From positions 60,078,001 to 60,142,000 of the forward strand of contig NC_079168.1 of assembly GCF_947568905.1 (NCBI RefSeq): 64,000 nucleotides of DNA. The letters run 5' to 3'. Origin of the DNA: Ostrea edulis (Eukaryota). Of this stretch, positions 14,248 to 28,057 are shown in pieces. A model generated the notes under the pieces. The model did not search any database. It had not been told where the DNA came from and saw only the letters and a list, made by a program, of their open reading frames with translations. The translations under genes and the position numbers were made by a program. The first letter of the stretch is position 1; each line of letters starts with the position of its first letter.

Positions 14248-17200
14248 ATTGTATGGAGTCCATGTTCTGGGTTTGTTCCAAAATATCAATATAGTAATAT
14301 ACTATGGATTTCATCCCATTCCTATATATCGTCTCAGTCATCCAATGACTATATAACTTTGACAAGACGTTAACCTCAATGTTTATTAACACCAGTATGA
14401 TAGATTTTCACAAAGTTAATTATAGCTGATAGGGTATATGAATTTCCTTCTCAGTTCCATTAACAACCAAAACATTTTTCTCTGAAGTAATAGTGTAAAC
14501 TGGTTGTCTTTAAACATTTAGGAAGCCACTAGCTAGGATATCTGATTAAATGAACTGGTTCCCTCTCCATGCTATTGATAATATAGACAGGCAATTTCTA
14601 CGGGATGATTAACATAATGAAACTATAGTAGCAGGCATTGAATCTTCTTCGTTCTATTTCACTCCACAAGGAAAAAGGTGTAGATTGTTTATATTGACTT
14701 CCAAGAATAACTGATGCATGAAATGCCATTAGCTACAAAACATGTTTGTAAGACACAATATGCCCTCCTCATTGTGTTGACAAATTTTATCTAAGCTTGA
14801 CCTCTACTTTAAGTTTCTAAGTTTAGCCATGACCTGGGTTTTCATTTTAATCATTATCTATATCTCATATAATTCAAATACTCTGGCCAAGCAGATGAAC
14901 AAAGAGCATAGGGACAATTCTGATCTTCCGTAATACAGTCATAGATACTGATTATCAGATTTACAAAACCTCAAATTCAGAGATAAATGATATATGACAT
15001 ACTTCCAGCATGTCATTATTCATAAATGTGCTGAAGCTGTAAACACTAGCAAAGTCCATTGCAGCATATTGTCAGTTAGTGTGTATGTACATTGTACTTT
15101 AAGGGGTATTTTCCTAGCAGGCTGGGTCAGGAGTGTACTGAATGATAGGTCACACTTTGCAACATGTGAGATAAAACTTTATATATACAAGGACAGCATG
15201 GATAAAATCAGTGTAATGAATGGGCCTGTCACCATGGCCTTGTCTACTGTGGTCAGGTAGAACCACAATTACCCACCTCACTGATTTTGTGAAACAGTGT
15301 AGCCAACTGTATCCATCATGATCCTAAGGTTCAGCAACTGAGTGATGTAAACTATCTGGTCATGTGTTGGTCATATGTACCATTATCCTCATTTCTCTGT
15401 AGATACTGATGCTATTTTAGATTTATTGCAACCTTGACCATGTTGACACATACTCTTGAGAAAGACCCACAAACAACACATCTATCAATGGGATGCTATT
15501 GCTGAGAGATGAATTATTGTGCAAGCAATTTCTGTTCTGAAGGGAATAGTATATGAAATTATTTACGAGTAGTTATTACATCAGATCTTGAAAGCATTTC
15601 ATGAAGTAATTATTTTGAATGGTACCCTATACTATTAGACCTTGTTCATTAATCCATTACCGAGTGTCCCGAGGTCCATTGTAAATTGTTTATCAGATTC
15701 AGCTCTTCAGTTTAGGAAGTAGTAAATGTACCATAACTATAGGGAGCAGACCTCCAGTAGGATCTAGGATGATAGATAAATCTACTCGTGATATCTTCCT
15801 GGAGTGTTACTTGATGTCTAAATCACCTTATTCACTATGACAGAAGTATGTATAGAATGATAACCAATTTACATTTTCAATTGCATTGATGCAATTGGGT
15901 AAGACAGCAATGGTGGCAAAGACTTGCAAAAGTTTGGGAATACACATGGGGGCTTTGACTGGTGACAGGGTCATTTATATAGGTGGGTAGAGAGTCTTCA
16001 GTGACTAGTTAGTAGTATTGAGTGCTATGCTTGCCAAGTCCTGTAAGCAAAGACACTTTCATTGTTTTGTTGTTTCTTCATTCCAAAACTGATTTTAGTT
16101 TGATCAAAGGGATCTCAAGCAGAAACACTGTATTATGTATAGGAGGATGACATTAGTTACACCTGTCTGATCTGATGGTAAGGGGCAGGAAGACAATGTA
16201 AACCACATGTTAAGTAATCATGTCACATGCACTCAAGTTGCAAATGGTGCAGATGACCTGTTTAGGTCTTGGCAAGGAAGTGTATGGTAACCTTTTGATT
16301 GGGATAAAATAAGAAGATTTATGATTGGGATAGAAGATTTATGTTGGTCAAAAGTAGTCTGGTGCACATAGGCAACAAAATAATTTATTATTAATTAAAG
16401 ATGGGATGGCAAAATATATCAAAGCAAGGGAGAGAAATTCAAAATTTGATCATGGGGATTAGTTAGTGTGGTGTAAGTTGTAAAGAATTAACAGAGGAAA
16501 CACAGATTTATGATCAATTGTGCAACAGGGTTCTGTTGTTTGGAATGATTAATGAAAGATAAATTTTCCCACTGACATTTTACTTTGGACAAAAAATGTT
16601 TGGTTCATGCAGTATTGAATTAATGAATATATTTGGTATGCCTGGGAATTGGTTTTTAGATTTCATAGCATCTGCAAGTATAATTGATACATCAATGCAC
16701 ATACAAATTAGGTTTCCAAGACAGGACATCTTTTGCTGAATTGCCCGGAGTCATAAATTGTGTTTTAGTTGGGTGTAAGTGCCAATACTGCCAAAGAACA
16801 TGCAGTGAATGAACTGTGAAAGGGTTCAAACCAGAATGAAATCAATGTTCAGAAAATCTAATCAATCTGTCTTTTGGAGATGAGGGTGGGAATGCTGCCA
16901 ATAGAGGGAGAAATGTTTATTGACTTGCATTTGGATGGAGTGAACTTAACACTTATTTTTTATGCTCCAGAAGGTTTTGTACACAAACAGATAAAAGTGT
17001 GAAGTTTGCCTTGTCCATAATATCACCCATTTGTTAAATCCAAACACAGCAAATGAGCATGAGGAAATTAAAAATGTATATGGGGTAAACAATTTTTAAT
17101 GAATGTCAAATTGCATTTGACAATAAACCGGGCTTTCAATTCCATATTGCAAGCTGTATAAAAAGCATTGACTAGATTATATGAAAAGTAAATAGCATTA

Positions 17201-18673
17201 AAAATGTAAGATGTTATGGAGTGCAAAATCCACAACAATTACATTTGAAGAGAGGCGGTACAAAATACCAGATGTCCAAAGTACCAAACTGATCAATGAT
17301 AAAAAGATATATATTAGCTTAATTTAAAATGTAATGTTGTTAATTTTTGTAGGAGTTCGTTTGGATCGAGTTCGAGGAGGACGCCAGAAATACAAGCGGA
17401 CTATCGACTCGGGCCCTATTGTGCAGCAGATTTTCCCTATGATCAAGAAAGCCTGTATAGAAACCACTAAATCAGGTACCAATGACCACAAAAGACAAAG
17501 ATTCCCTCACAATATTCTTCATACTATTTGCTTGTATGCACTTTGCCATAGACATTTATTTACCATGTTTTTTGTACTGGTAGATTTCTCTTCAGATAAC
17601 AAAGTTCTGTCACAACTCATAAGCATCGAGCATCAGCTAGACAAACTCTATGTCAACACAGAGTCTGAGGTTCTGGAGGGTGGGGAAGAAGTACGCTTCT
17701 TAGCCACTGTGTCTGATCTTGCGGACAGGGAGTTGGTGATCACTATCAGTTGGGCCAAACAGGTTCCAGGTAGGTGCCATCAACTGCATATTTGAATGGA
17801 GTCGATTTAGTACTATAGATATGTCCTTTATGTTGAATTTTTGCTTGATATAACTCATTATGGATGAATGAACTGACAGGCATGGTTCAGGATGCTTGCC
17901 TCACACCAGAGTATATATCGAATATCTTTAATTCCACAGGATTCTGTACACTCTCCCTTAGCGACCAGATGAATCTTCTGCAGCATTCATGGTTGGAAAT
18001 CCTATGTTTAAATCTTGTATTTCGTTCTTGTCCCTACAACGGCTACCTCAAATTTGCTGAGGACCTTCAACTCTCTGTTGACGAGTGTAAACTCTGTCAC
18101 TGCTCCCCGGAATTGGACGGACTGTCACGAAAACTTGCCAAAAAATTCACTGAAATGGAGGTCACTAAGGAAGAATATCTTCTACTGAAAGCCATGACTT
18201 TATGCAATATAGGTATAGTGGATCATATAGTTAAAAGATCTATATCCTCCACAATATAGACTAGCAATATGCAAACTAATTTTACCAATTTTTCATTCAT
18301 TGTGGTAAAATGGATTCTTTGTGCACTTGAAGTTAGATACTATTTTCAATGAAGTGTAGTGATTGAACCAGAAATATATGATGAAGCTGTAAGTGCAAAT
18401 AGAGTTTATTGAGATAATGAAATCATTTTAGATGTGGCTATTGAGAATAGTGAAGCAGTGAGGCAGCTCCAAGACAAATTGCAAGACTCCCTGATTGAAT
18501 ACGTCAAATACCGCTATGTTGGTAATCTCCGTCGCTTAGGACATCTATACATGCTGCTCCCAGCTCTCAATCACATGAAATTGCTTGCCAAGCAATACTG
18601 GTTTGATGTGAAGAAGGATGGGAGGATCATGATGCACAAGCTTTTTCTGGAAATGTTAGAGGCAGACTCTTGA
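362..18673 (+). CDS. ERR: Estrogen-related receptor (NR3B), six coding exons, 442 aa
   Basis: Exons 362-761, 11650-11766, 17353-17475, 17596-17769, 17940-18212 and 18432-18673, all with GT-AG phase-1 junctions, sum to 1329 nt. The DBD reads [66 protein letters not shown] (P-box EACKA). The T/A box is [16 protein letters not shown] and AF-2 is [11 protein letters not shown]. Upstream coding exons outside the window cannot be excluded. Confidence 0.96.
1526..1960 (+). mobile_element. Helentron-associated non-autonomous element (HINE/Pearl-like), 5' part with a Cg170-like monomer
   Basis: Start ttttagctcacatgggctgagagctcaaatgagc, then a gtccgttgtctg microsatellite and ggggatcaaagttttaca monomers; homologous to 25619-28120. 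Confidence 0.75.
5879..6473. mobile_element. Kolobok-like non-autonomous DNA transposon, 595 bp
   Basis: TTAA on both flanks (5875-5878, 6474-6477). TIRs AGGGTAAGGCAACCC / GGGTTGCCTTTCCCT have one mismatch. RR..YY termini with TTAA are the Kolobok signature. Confidence 0.7.
7636..7650. promoter_or_regulatory. Perfect palindromic estrogen response element (IR3) in ERR intron 1
   Basis: AGGTCA-gtg-TGACCT; an imperfect sister copy AGGTCA-atg-TGCCT lies at 7560-7573. Motif match only; function untested. Confidence 0.55.
10976..11667 (+). repeat. Minisatellite whose unit is the ERR exon-2 splice acceptor (19 copies; 36/32/46-bp variants)
   Basis: Unit (ttct)ttcttatgtttatttctAG|GAAACATTGAATA. AGs end at 11005, 11041, 11077, 11113, 11145, 11191, 11237, 11273, 11309, 11345, 11381, 11413, 11445, 11477, 11513, 11545, 11581, 11613 and 11649. 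Confidence 0.95.
11650..11766 (+). CDS. ERR: ERR exon: second zinc finger (not in ORF track)
   Basis: ctag|GAAACATTGAA...CGAGAAG|gtaag encodes (G)[38 protein letters not shown](G). Confidence 0.96.
14190..14243. repeat. (CT)n microsatellite
   Basis: Pure CT run. Confidence 0.95.
17353..17475 (+). CDS. ERR: ERR exon: T/A box and hinge
   Basis: ttgtag|GAGTTCGT...AAATCAG|gtacc. Confidence 0.93.
17596..17769 (+). CDS. ERR: ERR exon: LBD helices 1-3
   Basis: ttcag|ATAAC...GTTCCAG|gtaggt; encodes [19 protein letters not shown]. Confidence 0.9.
17940..18212 (+). CDS. ERR: ERR exon: LBD middle
   Basis: ccacag|GATTC...AATATAG|gtatag; encodes [22 protein letters not shown]. Confidence 0.93.
18432..18673 (+). 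CDS. ERR: ERR last coding exon: LBD C-terminus and AF-2
   Basis: ttttag|ATGTGGCT...; ends [15 protein letters not shown]. Confidence 0.95.
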
Positions 18674-21600
18674 CGTTGCTGAATGAAGAGAGACAACTCT
18701 TGAATAGTGTTAAGTTTTTTTTCTTTGCAAGCATGTGATATATTTTGTAATTATTTTGAAAAGCTTTCACAGAATAAGAATAGATAACAGATGCAGTTCA
18801 TTGTATATTTTTAGTATAATTATGCAAATTTAGATTTGTGTAAAGTTTTTGTTGTTTGTTTTTAGAATCTTGTTAAAAGAATTTCTGTATATCATGACAT
18901 ATGTGTGATGTGCGTAGGAAACCTGTGTGCTATAATAGTGCGTGTGAAAGAAAGAGGTGAAAAAACTGTTAAACTTACCCAGATCTCAAAGCTACCATAG
19001 TTAGACATTTTTGTTTCCCCAAATACTTTTAAAGCATGCTCCATCAATGAATTTGTCACAAGTTCTTGCTGATATTAAATGAAATATAATGATTAGTAAG
19101 AACTTATCAAAATATATCACAATTTACTCAGAAAATCAGCTGTGGGATAAACTGTATCCTACCGAACAATATTTGAACTTGTGTAAATTAATTTTCTGTA
19201 ATCCCCACTGTTAGCATCAATGATGCTAACCATTGTGCCAAATCTGCAACTCCGTTTCCATTCATAGTAGACCAGGCTACATATTATCTCCCCCTTGTAT
19301 ATTGAATCAACTCCATTCATTCCAATAGTTTGCCATGTTCCACAGTAGTTATTGGCCCTAGTCAGAAGGCAGCAACAGTAAATAGGGGATTTCCCTGAAC
19401 AAATCCTTTGACTTCTAGTTGATATAATCCCCTTTTGTAGTTTTTTAACCATATTAATGTTGGACCTTCACCATTGGCTGTTGGTGTTGACCATTTGGAA
19501 CTCATCTACTTGTCCGTGGCATGTGAGAGGGTCAAGGGTCAAACAAACAGTTATCTGACCATTCCCACCTTTTCATGTGTATATTTTTACCAGCCCATGT
19601 ACCATCACCAATTTGAATTTTCTGAATTAGACGGAAATTTATAATCAGTGAATTTGATGTGTGGTAAAAAGAATTTCCCAATGAATGAATTTAACAGCTT
19701 TTGTGTTTACTTTGATTGGGTGAAAATGGACCAATTATCATGATGCGAAGAACTAGTCATATTTAAATGTCTGCTTAGGCAGATCACCGCGATGATGTCC
19801 GTCCAAGACAGTTAATATTTGTCTCTCTTGTATTCTACAAATGAACTTGGCTGCATTAATTTTCAGGCTTGAGCGACACACTAAATTAGTAAAGTTCTTG
19901 TTGTTGAAAATATGCAATTTCTTATGTCAATTAAAGCATATGAAGTATAAATATGAAATGTAGAATTTTCTGTTAATGAACGGGCATTTAATTCAACATA
20001 CCACATGTTATTATGACAATGATTTTTATGCAAGAAAATTATCAGCCAGGTTAACAAAGGATTAGGTTCAACCATATCTGGCCCTTGAGCATTAAATTAA
20101 TATGAAATTCAGTAATTATGTTGAAATGATATGAATTTTTTTTTAAATTTCATGCATTATAAAATGATTTCTGTTTTTGATTATGAGGTTACAAAGTGGG
20201 TGGTTTTTCAAAATACTCATGAAAATCGTCTAAAATTTCAATTACTTGGCCAATTTAATGGCTAGAAGTTATAGGCACCATGTGTGAACCAAAACTATTT
20301 TTGCCTACTTGCAGCATTAGAATATGAAGTTTAACATATCTCAGTTTGATTTTATTTCATGCACGCCACCCAAACTTTCAGAAGCCTAAGGCATAAAGAA
20401 AAAGATTAAGTAAAGTAAAGATTAATGGCTAAAATTGTAGTTTTATATACTTCATCTATTTATTAATCAATGTTTATAAATACTTCTGTTATTTATGTAG
20501 TTTAAACTTATCGACAGATTGAAGGCCAAATTATACTGATGGTGAACTTAGTCCTTTCAAACTGATACATATGTGATACAAAAAATACAGAAAGTCAATC
20601 GGAAGAGAAAGTCAAAATGATAATTGGTTGAATGGTTGTTATAATACTGCATGGGATTTCTTTCATTTCTATAGATGAAATGTAGATATACATGTATATA
20701 TGCATCAACACTGTACATGTAAAATTGTTAATGTTATGGATTTTTAAACAGAGTGTTAATTATTATGTATATTCCTAGATGAGTATGATCACATTAGAGC
20801 TGTGTAATATGATGTGTGATAGATGTATTTTAGTATGTTGCCAGCAATTTGCTTGTTTTCCAGTTGTTAGGTTTTTCCAAGTACCTATTTACATGTACCA
20901 TGTATGTTTGTTGGTTGATGTTTTTTAATCGGTGCATTTAAATTGTATAGGGAGAAGTTATTTGATAGATCTGTATTGTGTGAGGCTATACATTGTATTG
21001 TGTTAAACTTACAATTTTCTCATTCAGAGGATGAATCCTTTGAGCTGGTTCTTCAGGACATGTCAGTATACAGTAAAAGATCAGTCCAAATTTCCTTACA
21101 CTGACAATAATTTTCAATCGCTAAGTAGTACTTAATAATTGATTGGTATTCTTAGTGAATGAGTACTACTTTGTCAATTTGTTATAGTCGATAAAAGCAT
21201 GTTTCACTGATCCTTGCTGTGATATGGACTTTGTCATAACACATTACAATGTTAAGCCAAGTGAGGGCCTATAACTTGTTTTCAGTTTTCTCAGGTTTTT
21301 TGTGTTTCCTCAGGTTACTAATTTGTGATATTTGATTCTGTTTTCATACTTAAAGTCATATTTAATCAGTTTTCAACTGTTATTATACCCTAGCTCTGCA
21401 TTTGTAACAGAGTTTCTTACATCATTTAATTAACAGAAATTTGTTCGTTATTTTTATTTTATTTATTTTAGAATCGGTGCACAATATTATAAGACACACT
21501 GTAATATGGTAATATGTTTTCATCATTGTTACACAAGAAATCAGTATCTTATAAGATTTGGTCCAATTCTCTCACGGGTAGCATATCTTGTTCCATTATA

Positions 21601-22064
21601 CAAAAAAATTACCTGTTTTATCATCAATATATTTTTCCGTGTATGATTATACTGATGATGAACAAGGTTACTTAACACAGTTATTACCTGAAGAAAACTG
21701 AAAATGACCTTGTTGGTCTTGAAGGGTGATAAAACAAATTGTACCATGGGTTTTTTTTATTTATTGTAACATTTCATTAATCAGATGTCAGAGCTCATAT
21801 AGAAAGAGAAAATAGTTGCACTTCTATCACTGTAAACCATTGAACAAGAATTGTACATAGCTATATTTATATAAAACTTTTACAGTTTATATATTTAATC
21901 CAATATTGCCAATCTGACTGGTTTGGGTTGTTGGGAAAAAGGATTCTATCATGGAATTTCTTATTAACCTTCCAACCTGGACCAATATATATATATTCCA
22001 AGGTAAATAATGCTTTGCATGGTTCTATTTCAAGATAAAGTTGAATAAAAGATATGCATAGCTT
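18674..22064 (+). other. Possible long ERR 3' UTR ending at AATAAA 22044-22049
   Basis: Repeat-poor U/GU-rich stretch with AATAAA about 15 nt before an A run; the true cleavage site is unknown. Confidence 0.35.
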
Positions 22065-22213
22065 AAAAAAAAAAAAAAAAAAATGCTAAAAAAATCTACT
22101 CAAAAATTATTTTGAAAAAGTAACAAAAAAATTTAATAAAATAAGAAAACAAAAAAAAAAATATTGAAAAAAGAAAAAAGGAAAAAAAAAATGAACAAAA
22201 CAAAAACCCATAT

Positions 22214-22248
<35 letters not shown>

Positions 22249-22628
22249 TGAATGTTCACATGCAAAAGTTTGTTCATAGATATTCATGACTAAAAATGAA
22301 GAAAAAAAAGGAGGAAAAAAAATGTAAAAACACAAAATATACCCCCCAAAAATAATATTTGAAAATTATATCCATCCCCCTACAAAAAACAAACCTTAAA
22401 TCTTTCATCATAGAGATTGAAGGGGAAAAATGCACCAAAAAAAAAAAAAAAAGAGGGAAAAAAAATGAGATAGCAAATAAAAAAAAATTAATAAAGAAAA
22501 AAGATTATGAAACATTATGCCATCACAAGATCATTTGCACACCAATGTAGTTAATTAATAAATTAATAAAGAAAAAAGATTATGAAACATTATGCCATCA
22601 CAAGATCATTTGCACACCAATGTAGTTA
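22065..22628. other. A-rich low-complexity block followed by an exact 68-bp duplication; possible assembly artefact
   Basis: Irregular A runs at 22065-22490; identical copies at 22486-22553 and 22561-22628. Confidence 0.6.
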
Positions 22629-25270
22629 GAGTTGCTTGTAGGTAAATTCATGGTTTACAGTGATAGAAACAAAGAAAATATCATTCCATTCACAGAGGCT
22701 TCATTTATCATACAGTAAACATTATTTTTGTTTTAAACATTTTGAACAAGATTATTATATATTATACATATTATGTACTGTATTGGAGGATTTATAATGA
22801 TGGAAATCCTAAATTCTATATATTTGTTCAACAGAGTCATTTTCATGTAAACATATCACAATATCAGATTTTTTTTTCTTGTGATAAATTGTTCATCTGA
22901 TCAACAGACTTGCCTGTACTAAATTCTCAGAAATATTTAAGTCTTGGACCATGATTTGGGGATGTTCTATAAATGGTAAACTCTTTTGAGTTCCTATAAT
23001 CATTACAATTCCAAAAAAAGATGAATTTTTTGAAAATCACATTTAGATTAAATTTATTTATGCAGATTCCCCATAATTCATTCAAAAATAAAATTTATAT
23101 TGTTGGTACCAAGCAGTGGCAAAATTTAAGATCAGCTTAAATGAATTATCAGATGTTTCTTCACCTTGATTTCCATTGCATTGTTAGGGGGGGGGGGGGG
23201 GGGGTCTTTGAATTTTCAATATGATAAGACATTAGAAATTATTTTGAATATTTGTTTCTTGTTCCAATTTTGAATAATTGTAATTCAAATGTTTTTATTT
23301 TTAAAAACTGAAGCATGCATGGATCTTTTTTTTTCTGTAATATGTTAATCTGTATGAAGTACAAAAAGTTTCAGTGTCATTCAAATACACAATTTCCGAG
23401 TTGTCCAATAGTTATTTCCCTTTGTTGAACTCTTTTACGCATGGTGAGGTGCAAAAAATATTTTTTTATTCATGCGGTGGGTTCAAATGCTTATCATTGC
23501 ATTCATATATCTTGATTATTACCAGACATTATGCAACCACCCTCATTGCAGGGACACACAAATTTAGTAAGTTTGAGTACTTGATAATGAAATTAGCTCA
23601 AACAAAAATTGATTATCACCATCTTTCTTTGATAAAAGTATCACTTGTGTAGAAGAGGAAATAAATAATAATTTGATTTAATGATTTGATTCAAACAAAT
23701 TATTTTTCATATGATCAGTTTAATGTATGCCAACGACTGATATAAACAAAATTTATGCTTTCAGAACTTTTATTTTCATTTACATAGCCATTCTATACTG
23801 TTACATCTTGTACCCACCAAAGCGTTCAATAGAATACTGAACGTACCTCCATCACAAAAGAGCCGATATCTCGGATTGCGTATTGACCTTGAATTATCAC
23901 AAATTTTTTTCAGAAGAAAGTTATGTTGTTAAATATTTTATTTAATTTCTTTCTTAATATATTTTTTATTCAAATTGTGATTGAATTACTTGAAAATGAT
24001 CTTTGTTGATTCTAGATTTCATTTCCGTCAAAAACTGGACTGGTGACAAAAACTTTTTTCTTCTGGTTTTATGCAAAATTTAAAAATATTCCCTAATTTT
24101 TGGGGGATTTTTTGTTGTTGAAAGTTTGAAAATGAGAATTCATTTTAAAATTATTAATAGTAATTTATTTTTGGAAATTTAGTGTTTGAATAAGTGATAC
24201 TGGAGAAATATAAGACAAGGTGCTCCTTATGATAATTTCATCATACTATTCATATTTTATACAAATTTCATTTCACACTCTTTTAAAAGATCCAAATACC
24301 CTGTCAAAAATGAAATCCTTGCTCTTTCCCTTTGTATTTTACTTTGTTTAGTTAGGAAGCATGTTTCCCCTCCATTATTGGAAACCTGAATTATATTGCT
24401 TGGTTTTAAGTAGGTATAGACTGGCTCAAGTTTAGCCAACCAGCTGCAGATGGTTATAAATCATATGAAATCTGACACAAATGAAAAAGAAACGAGTTAA
24501 ATATTTACAATATTTGATAGTTTTCTGCATTTAAAATGCTTTATTCAAGAAATGTTTCATTTTTTCCTGAATTTTTAAAGTCAAATTAAGGTGGCTCGTC
24601 AATCAGCAAGGTTCCAGAACTCTTTAGCTACATTATATACTATTTCCTTAGTATTATATATTCAGAAACCTACCAATATATCCAAATTGAAAATTACTAA
24701 AGTGTAAAATCTTAGTTATTTACAAGAAATCTTTTATGAAAACATGCTTAAGAGTTTTGGCACCTTGCGTATAAATACTTCACTTTATATTTGGAATTTT
24801 TCTTGTGTTATTACATTGAATTGGGGATAGTATAATACCTTGTTACTTTTCTTCACGAGAAAGATGTATTTTCTTAGAAGTTATCTTCAAAATAAAGCCA
24901 GTATTGAATGTGAGTGAGTGGTGTTTTTTTTTAAATACATGTAATACATGTATATTGACAAATGGAGCTTTATGGGTCATATTTGATATCTCTATTACGT
25001 ATATCCTTTATGACATGCACGTCAATATGAATGAAAGATTCTCGACAGGATGTCAAACAAACAACCAACCAACCTTTCTGACATAGATTAATAAATTGAA
25101 TACCTTTATTAAAAATATCAAGTATCGTACAAAACAAGATTCAATGCTTGGATTTGTGCATTTTGAAATTTTCTTTCTTCATATGCTTGAAAACATGGAT
25201 TGGTTCGTAATTTGTAATGTGAAAACTCTTGGAAAACATTTGGAGCATTAGACTTGACTTTCTGTCAGAA

Positions 25271-25411
25271 TCAGGCCTTGACTTTCCCCCCATGCCAAGT
25301 ACTCTTGATTTCCTGATCCATTTTATCGGTGTGTTCGTTGTGGTTGACCAGTTCCCATTTTTTCATCCACGGTCCCTGGATAGTTGTATCGAAGTTGGCA
25401 TCCTCAGCATT
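25271..25411 (-). CDS. PhyH-like last exon
   Basis: ttgcag|AAT...; encodes NAEDANFDTTIQGPWMKKWELVNHNEH...KVKA-TGA. Confidence 0.8.
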   Translation of the reverse strand, partial: NAEDANFDTTIQGPWMKKWELVNHNEHTDKMDQEIKSTWHGGKVKA

Positions 25412-25704
25412 CTGCAATACAAAGCAACTTTAGCTTTGAATACTCTATATGTTTAACAGGGTTGTATGCATACATGTAGGTAGCTGGTTCAATGTTCAAC
25501 ACGCATAATGGAGGTATTCATATAGAGTATTTTACAGGTCTAAAACAAAAGTGTGAAGCTATCCGCGAATACTTATGTGCAATTCACCCGCATGACACAT
25601 GAGAGCAAACATTTGCAGTTTTTAGCTCACCTGAACTGAAAGGTCAAGTGAAGTTTTTCTGATTACCCGTTGTCCGTGTGTCTGTAAACTTTTCACATTT
25701 TTGA

Positions 25705-25736
<32 letters not shown>

Positions 25737-27947
25737 TCAAACTTGGCAAAAAGCATCCTTGGGTGAAGGAAGGACTTTCAAGTTTGTTCACATGAAGGGC
25801 CATGTCCCTTTCAAAGGGGAGATAATTGCAAAAATAGGGTCAGGTCATTTAAAAATCTTCTATTCAAAAACCACTGGGCCAGAAGAGCTGAAATTTACGT
25901 GAAAGCTTCCTGACATAGTGCAGATTCAAGTTTGTTAAGGTAAGGTTTGCGACATTTTGACATGTAGCAAACAAAGTCATGTTGCATATCAGTATGTTCA
26001 GTAGGAATTTATCTTTTAAAAATTGACTTTTTAAAAAAAAAAAAAATCACCCATGTCGTTTTTTAACCAGATAGGCTTATTTTTGTGATGTTTTACATTT
26101 TCGGGATCTTGGTACAAAAGGGAATACTAGTGGTATAAAAACTACACGAGGCAAACTTACGGGGTAAAAAGCTGGTAGAATTTTTAAAAGAGTATTATCT
26201 ATAAGATTATACTAATGGGTAGAAAAATGTTATTTTAAAACACAAAAAATAGCACTTTTTATATCTTCTATCAGAAAGGTTTGGAAGAATATCAGATTCT
26301 TGAATAAAATTTAAATTGGTTGCCATGGCAACAAAAAATGTATATTGAGCAGCTTTACAAGGTCTAGTTAGTAAAAATGACACTAATTAATCTGTTTTAT
26401 GTCGACGTAATGCAAATGTTCCTCAGACAAAATTAAGACTATTTTAAGATGTACTAGAGAAGACCCCTTTTTTATTCTTACATGATCATATCAGTCACAT
26501 ATTCTACATTTTAAAGTTCATGCGATAAATCGCTCAATCAGCGCAAGCAGATGTCATAGCATTGAAATATGAAGAGCATGTAATTAGAGAGCATTGTCAA
26601 GTTTATTTTTTAAAATGCTTGTGAATGTCATAAAAATGAGAAACATTATTTTGTCATAGAGGGTATACACATACACTTGACAGCGGTAGTTGATAACAAG
26701 TAAATATTATGACACGTCATAAAGCACGAAGTGCACTGAGGTATATCAAGAGTTATCTCCCTGTTGTTGCAAACCTTATCTTAAAACCATGACTCCCGGG
26801 GGGTGGGGGGGGGCCACATAGGGGATCAAAGTTTTACATACAAATATAGGAAAAATCTTTTTAAGAACGACGGCCAGAAAAGTTTACACTTAAATGAAAG
26901 ATTCCTGACATTGCAGATTCAAGTTTGTCAAAATCATTGCCCCTGGCGGTAGGATGGGGCCACAATAGGACATTAAAATTTTACATACAAATGTATAGGA
27001 AACAAGAGGCCCCATTGGCCGCATCGCTCACCTGAGTCACCTTAAGCTTGGCTCATATTTAAGATTTTTCCTATATTTCGCATGTAAAACTTTGATCCCT
27101 ATTGTGGCCCGAACCTACTCCCGGGGGCCATGATATTTTCAAAATTTGCACCCCAAATCGTCGCCTATCTCAAATCGTCACCGGCGACGATTTAGGGTTT
27201 CTTATGTAACACATGAACCTTCATGTGAACTTGAACTTTCCTGGCCTAGTGGTTTTTTTAGAAGATTTCTCTATTTATTTGTATGTCAAACTTTGATCCC
27301 CTATTGTGGCCTCACTCTACCCCCAGGTGCCATGATTTTAATAAACATGAATCTACACTGTGTAGGAAAGCTTTCATGTAAAGAACTTTTCTGGTGATTA
27401 TTGAGAAAAAGAGATTTAAAGATTTTCCCTATATATTCCCATGTAAAGCTTTTATCCCCTATTGTGTCCCCACCTTAACCTATGGGGCCTTGATTTTAAC
27501 AAAATTGAATCTGCACTATGTCAGAAAGCTGCTATGTAAATTTTATTTTTCCTGGCCCAGTGAATCTTGAGAATATTTTTAAAGATTTTCCCTATATATA
27601 TTCCCACGTATTTGATCCCTATTGTGGCCCAACCCTACCCGCAAGGGGGGGGGGGGGGGGACATGAATTTAACAAACTTTAATCTGCAATCTAAATTTGA
27701 ACTTTCCTGGCATGAGAAGATTCTAAGATTTTTCTTATCAAATTGCATGTAAAACTTTGATCTCCTATTGTGGCCCCATCCTACCCCAGGACCCTGGTTT
27801 TAAAAAACTTGAATCTGTACTATGTCAGAAAGCTGTCATATAAATTTGAACTATCCTGGCTCAGTGGTTCTTTAGTAGAAGATTTTTAAATGACCTCACC
27901 CTATTTTTGCATTTTCGTGATTATCTCCCCTTTGAAGGAGACAAAGG

Positions 27948-27982
<35 letters not shown>

Positions 27983-28023
27983 TGGATGATTTGTACCAAG
28001 TTTTATTGAAATTGGCCCAGTGC

Positions 28024-28057
<34 letters not shown>

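Noticed and set aside
14083-14289. RERERE ORF
   Set aside because: Translation of a (CT)n microsatellite
19159-19452. 97-aa antisense ORF in the ERR 3' region
   Set aside because: No recognisable motif or splice context; length is compatible with chance
22096-22550. Phe-rich and Lys-rich ORFs
   Set aside because: Products of A-rich low-complexity, possibly erroneous, sequence
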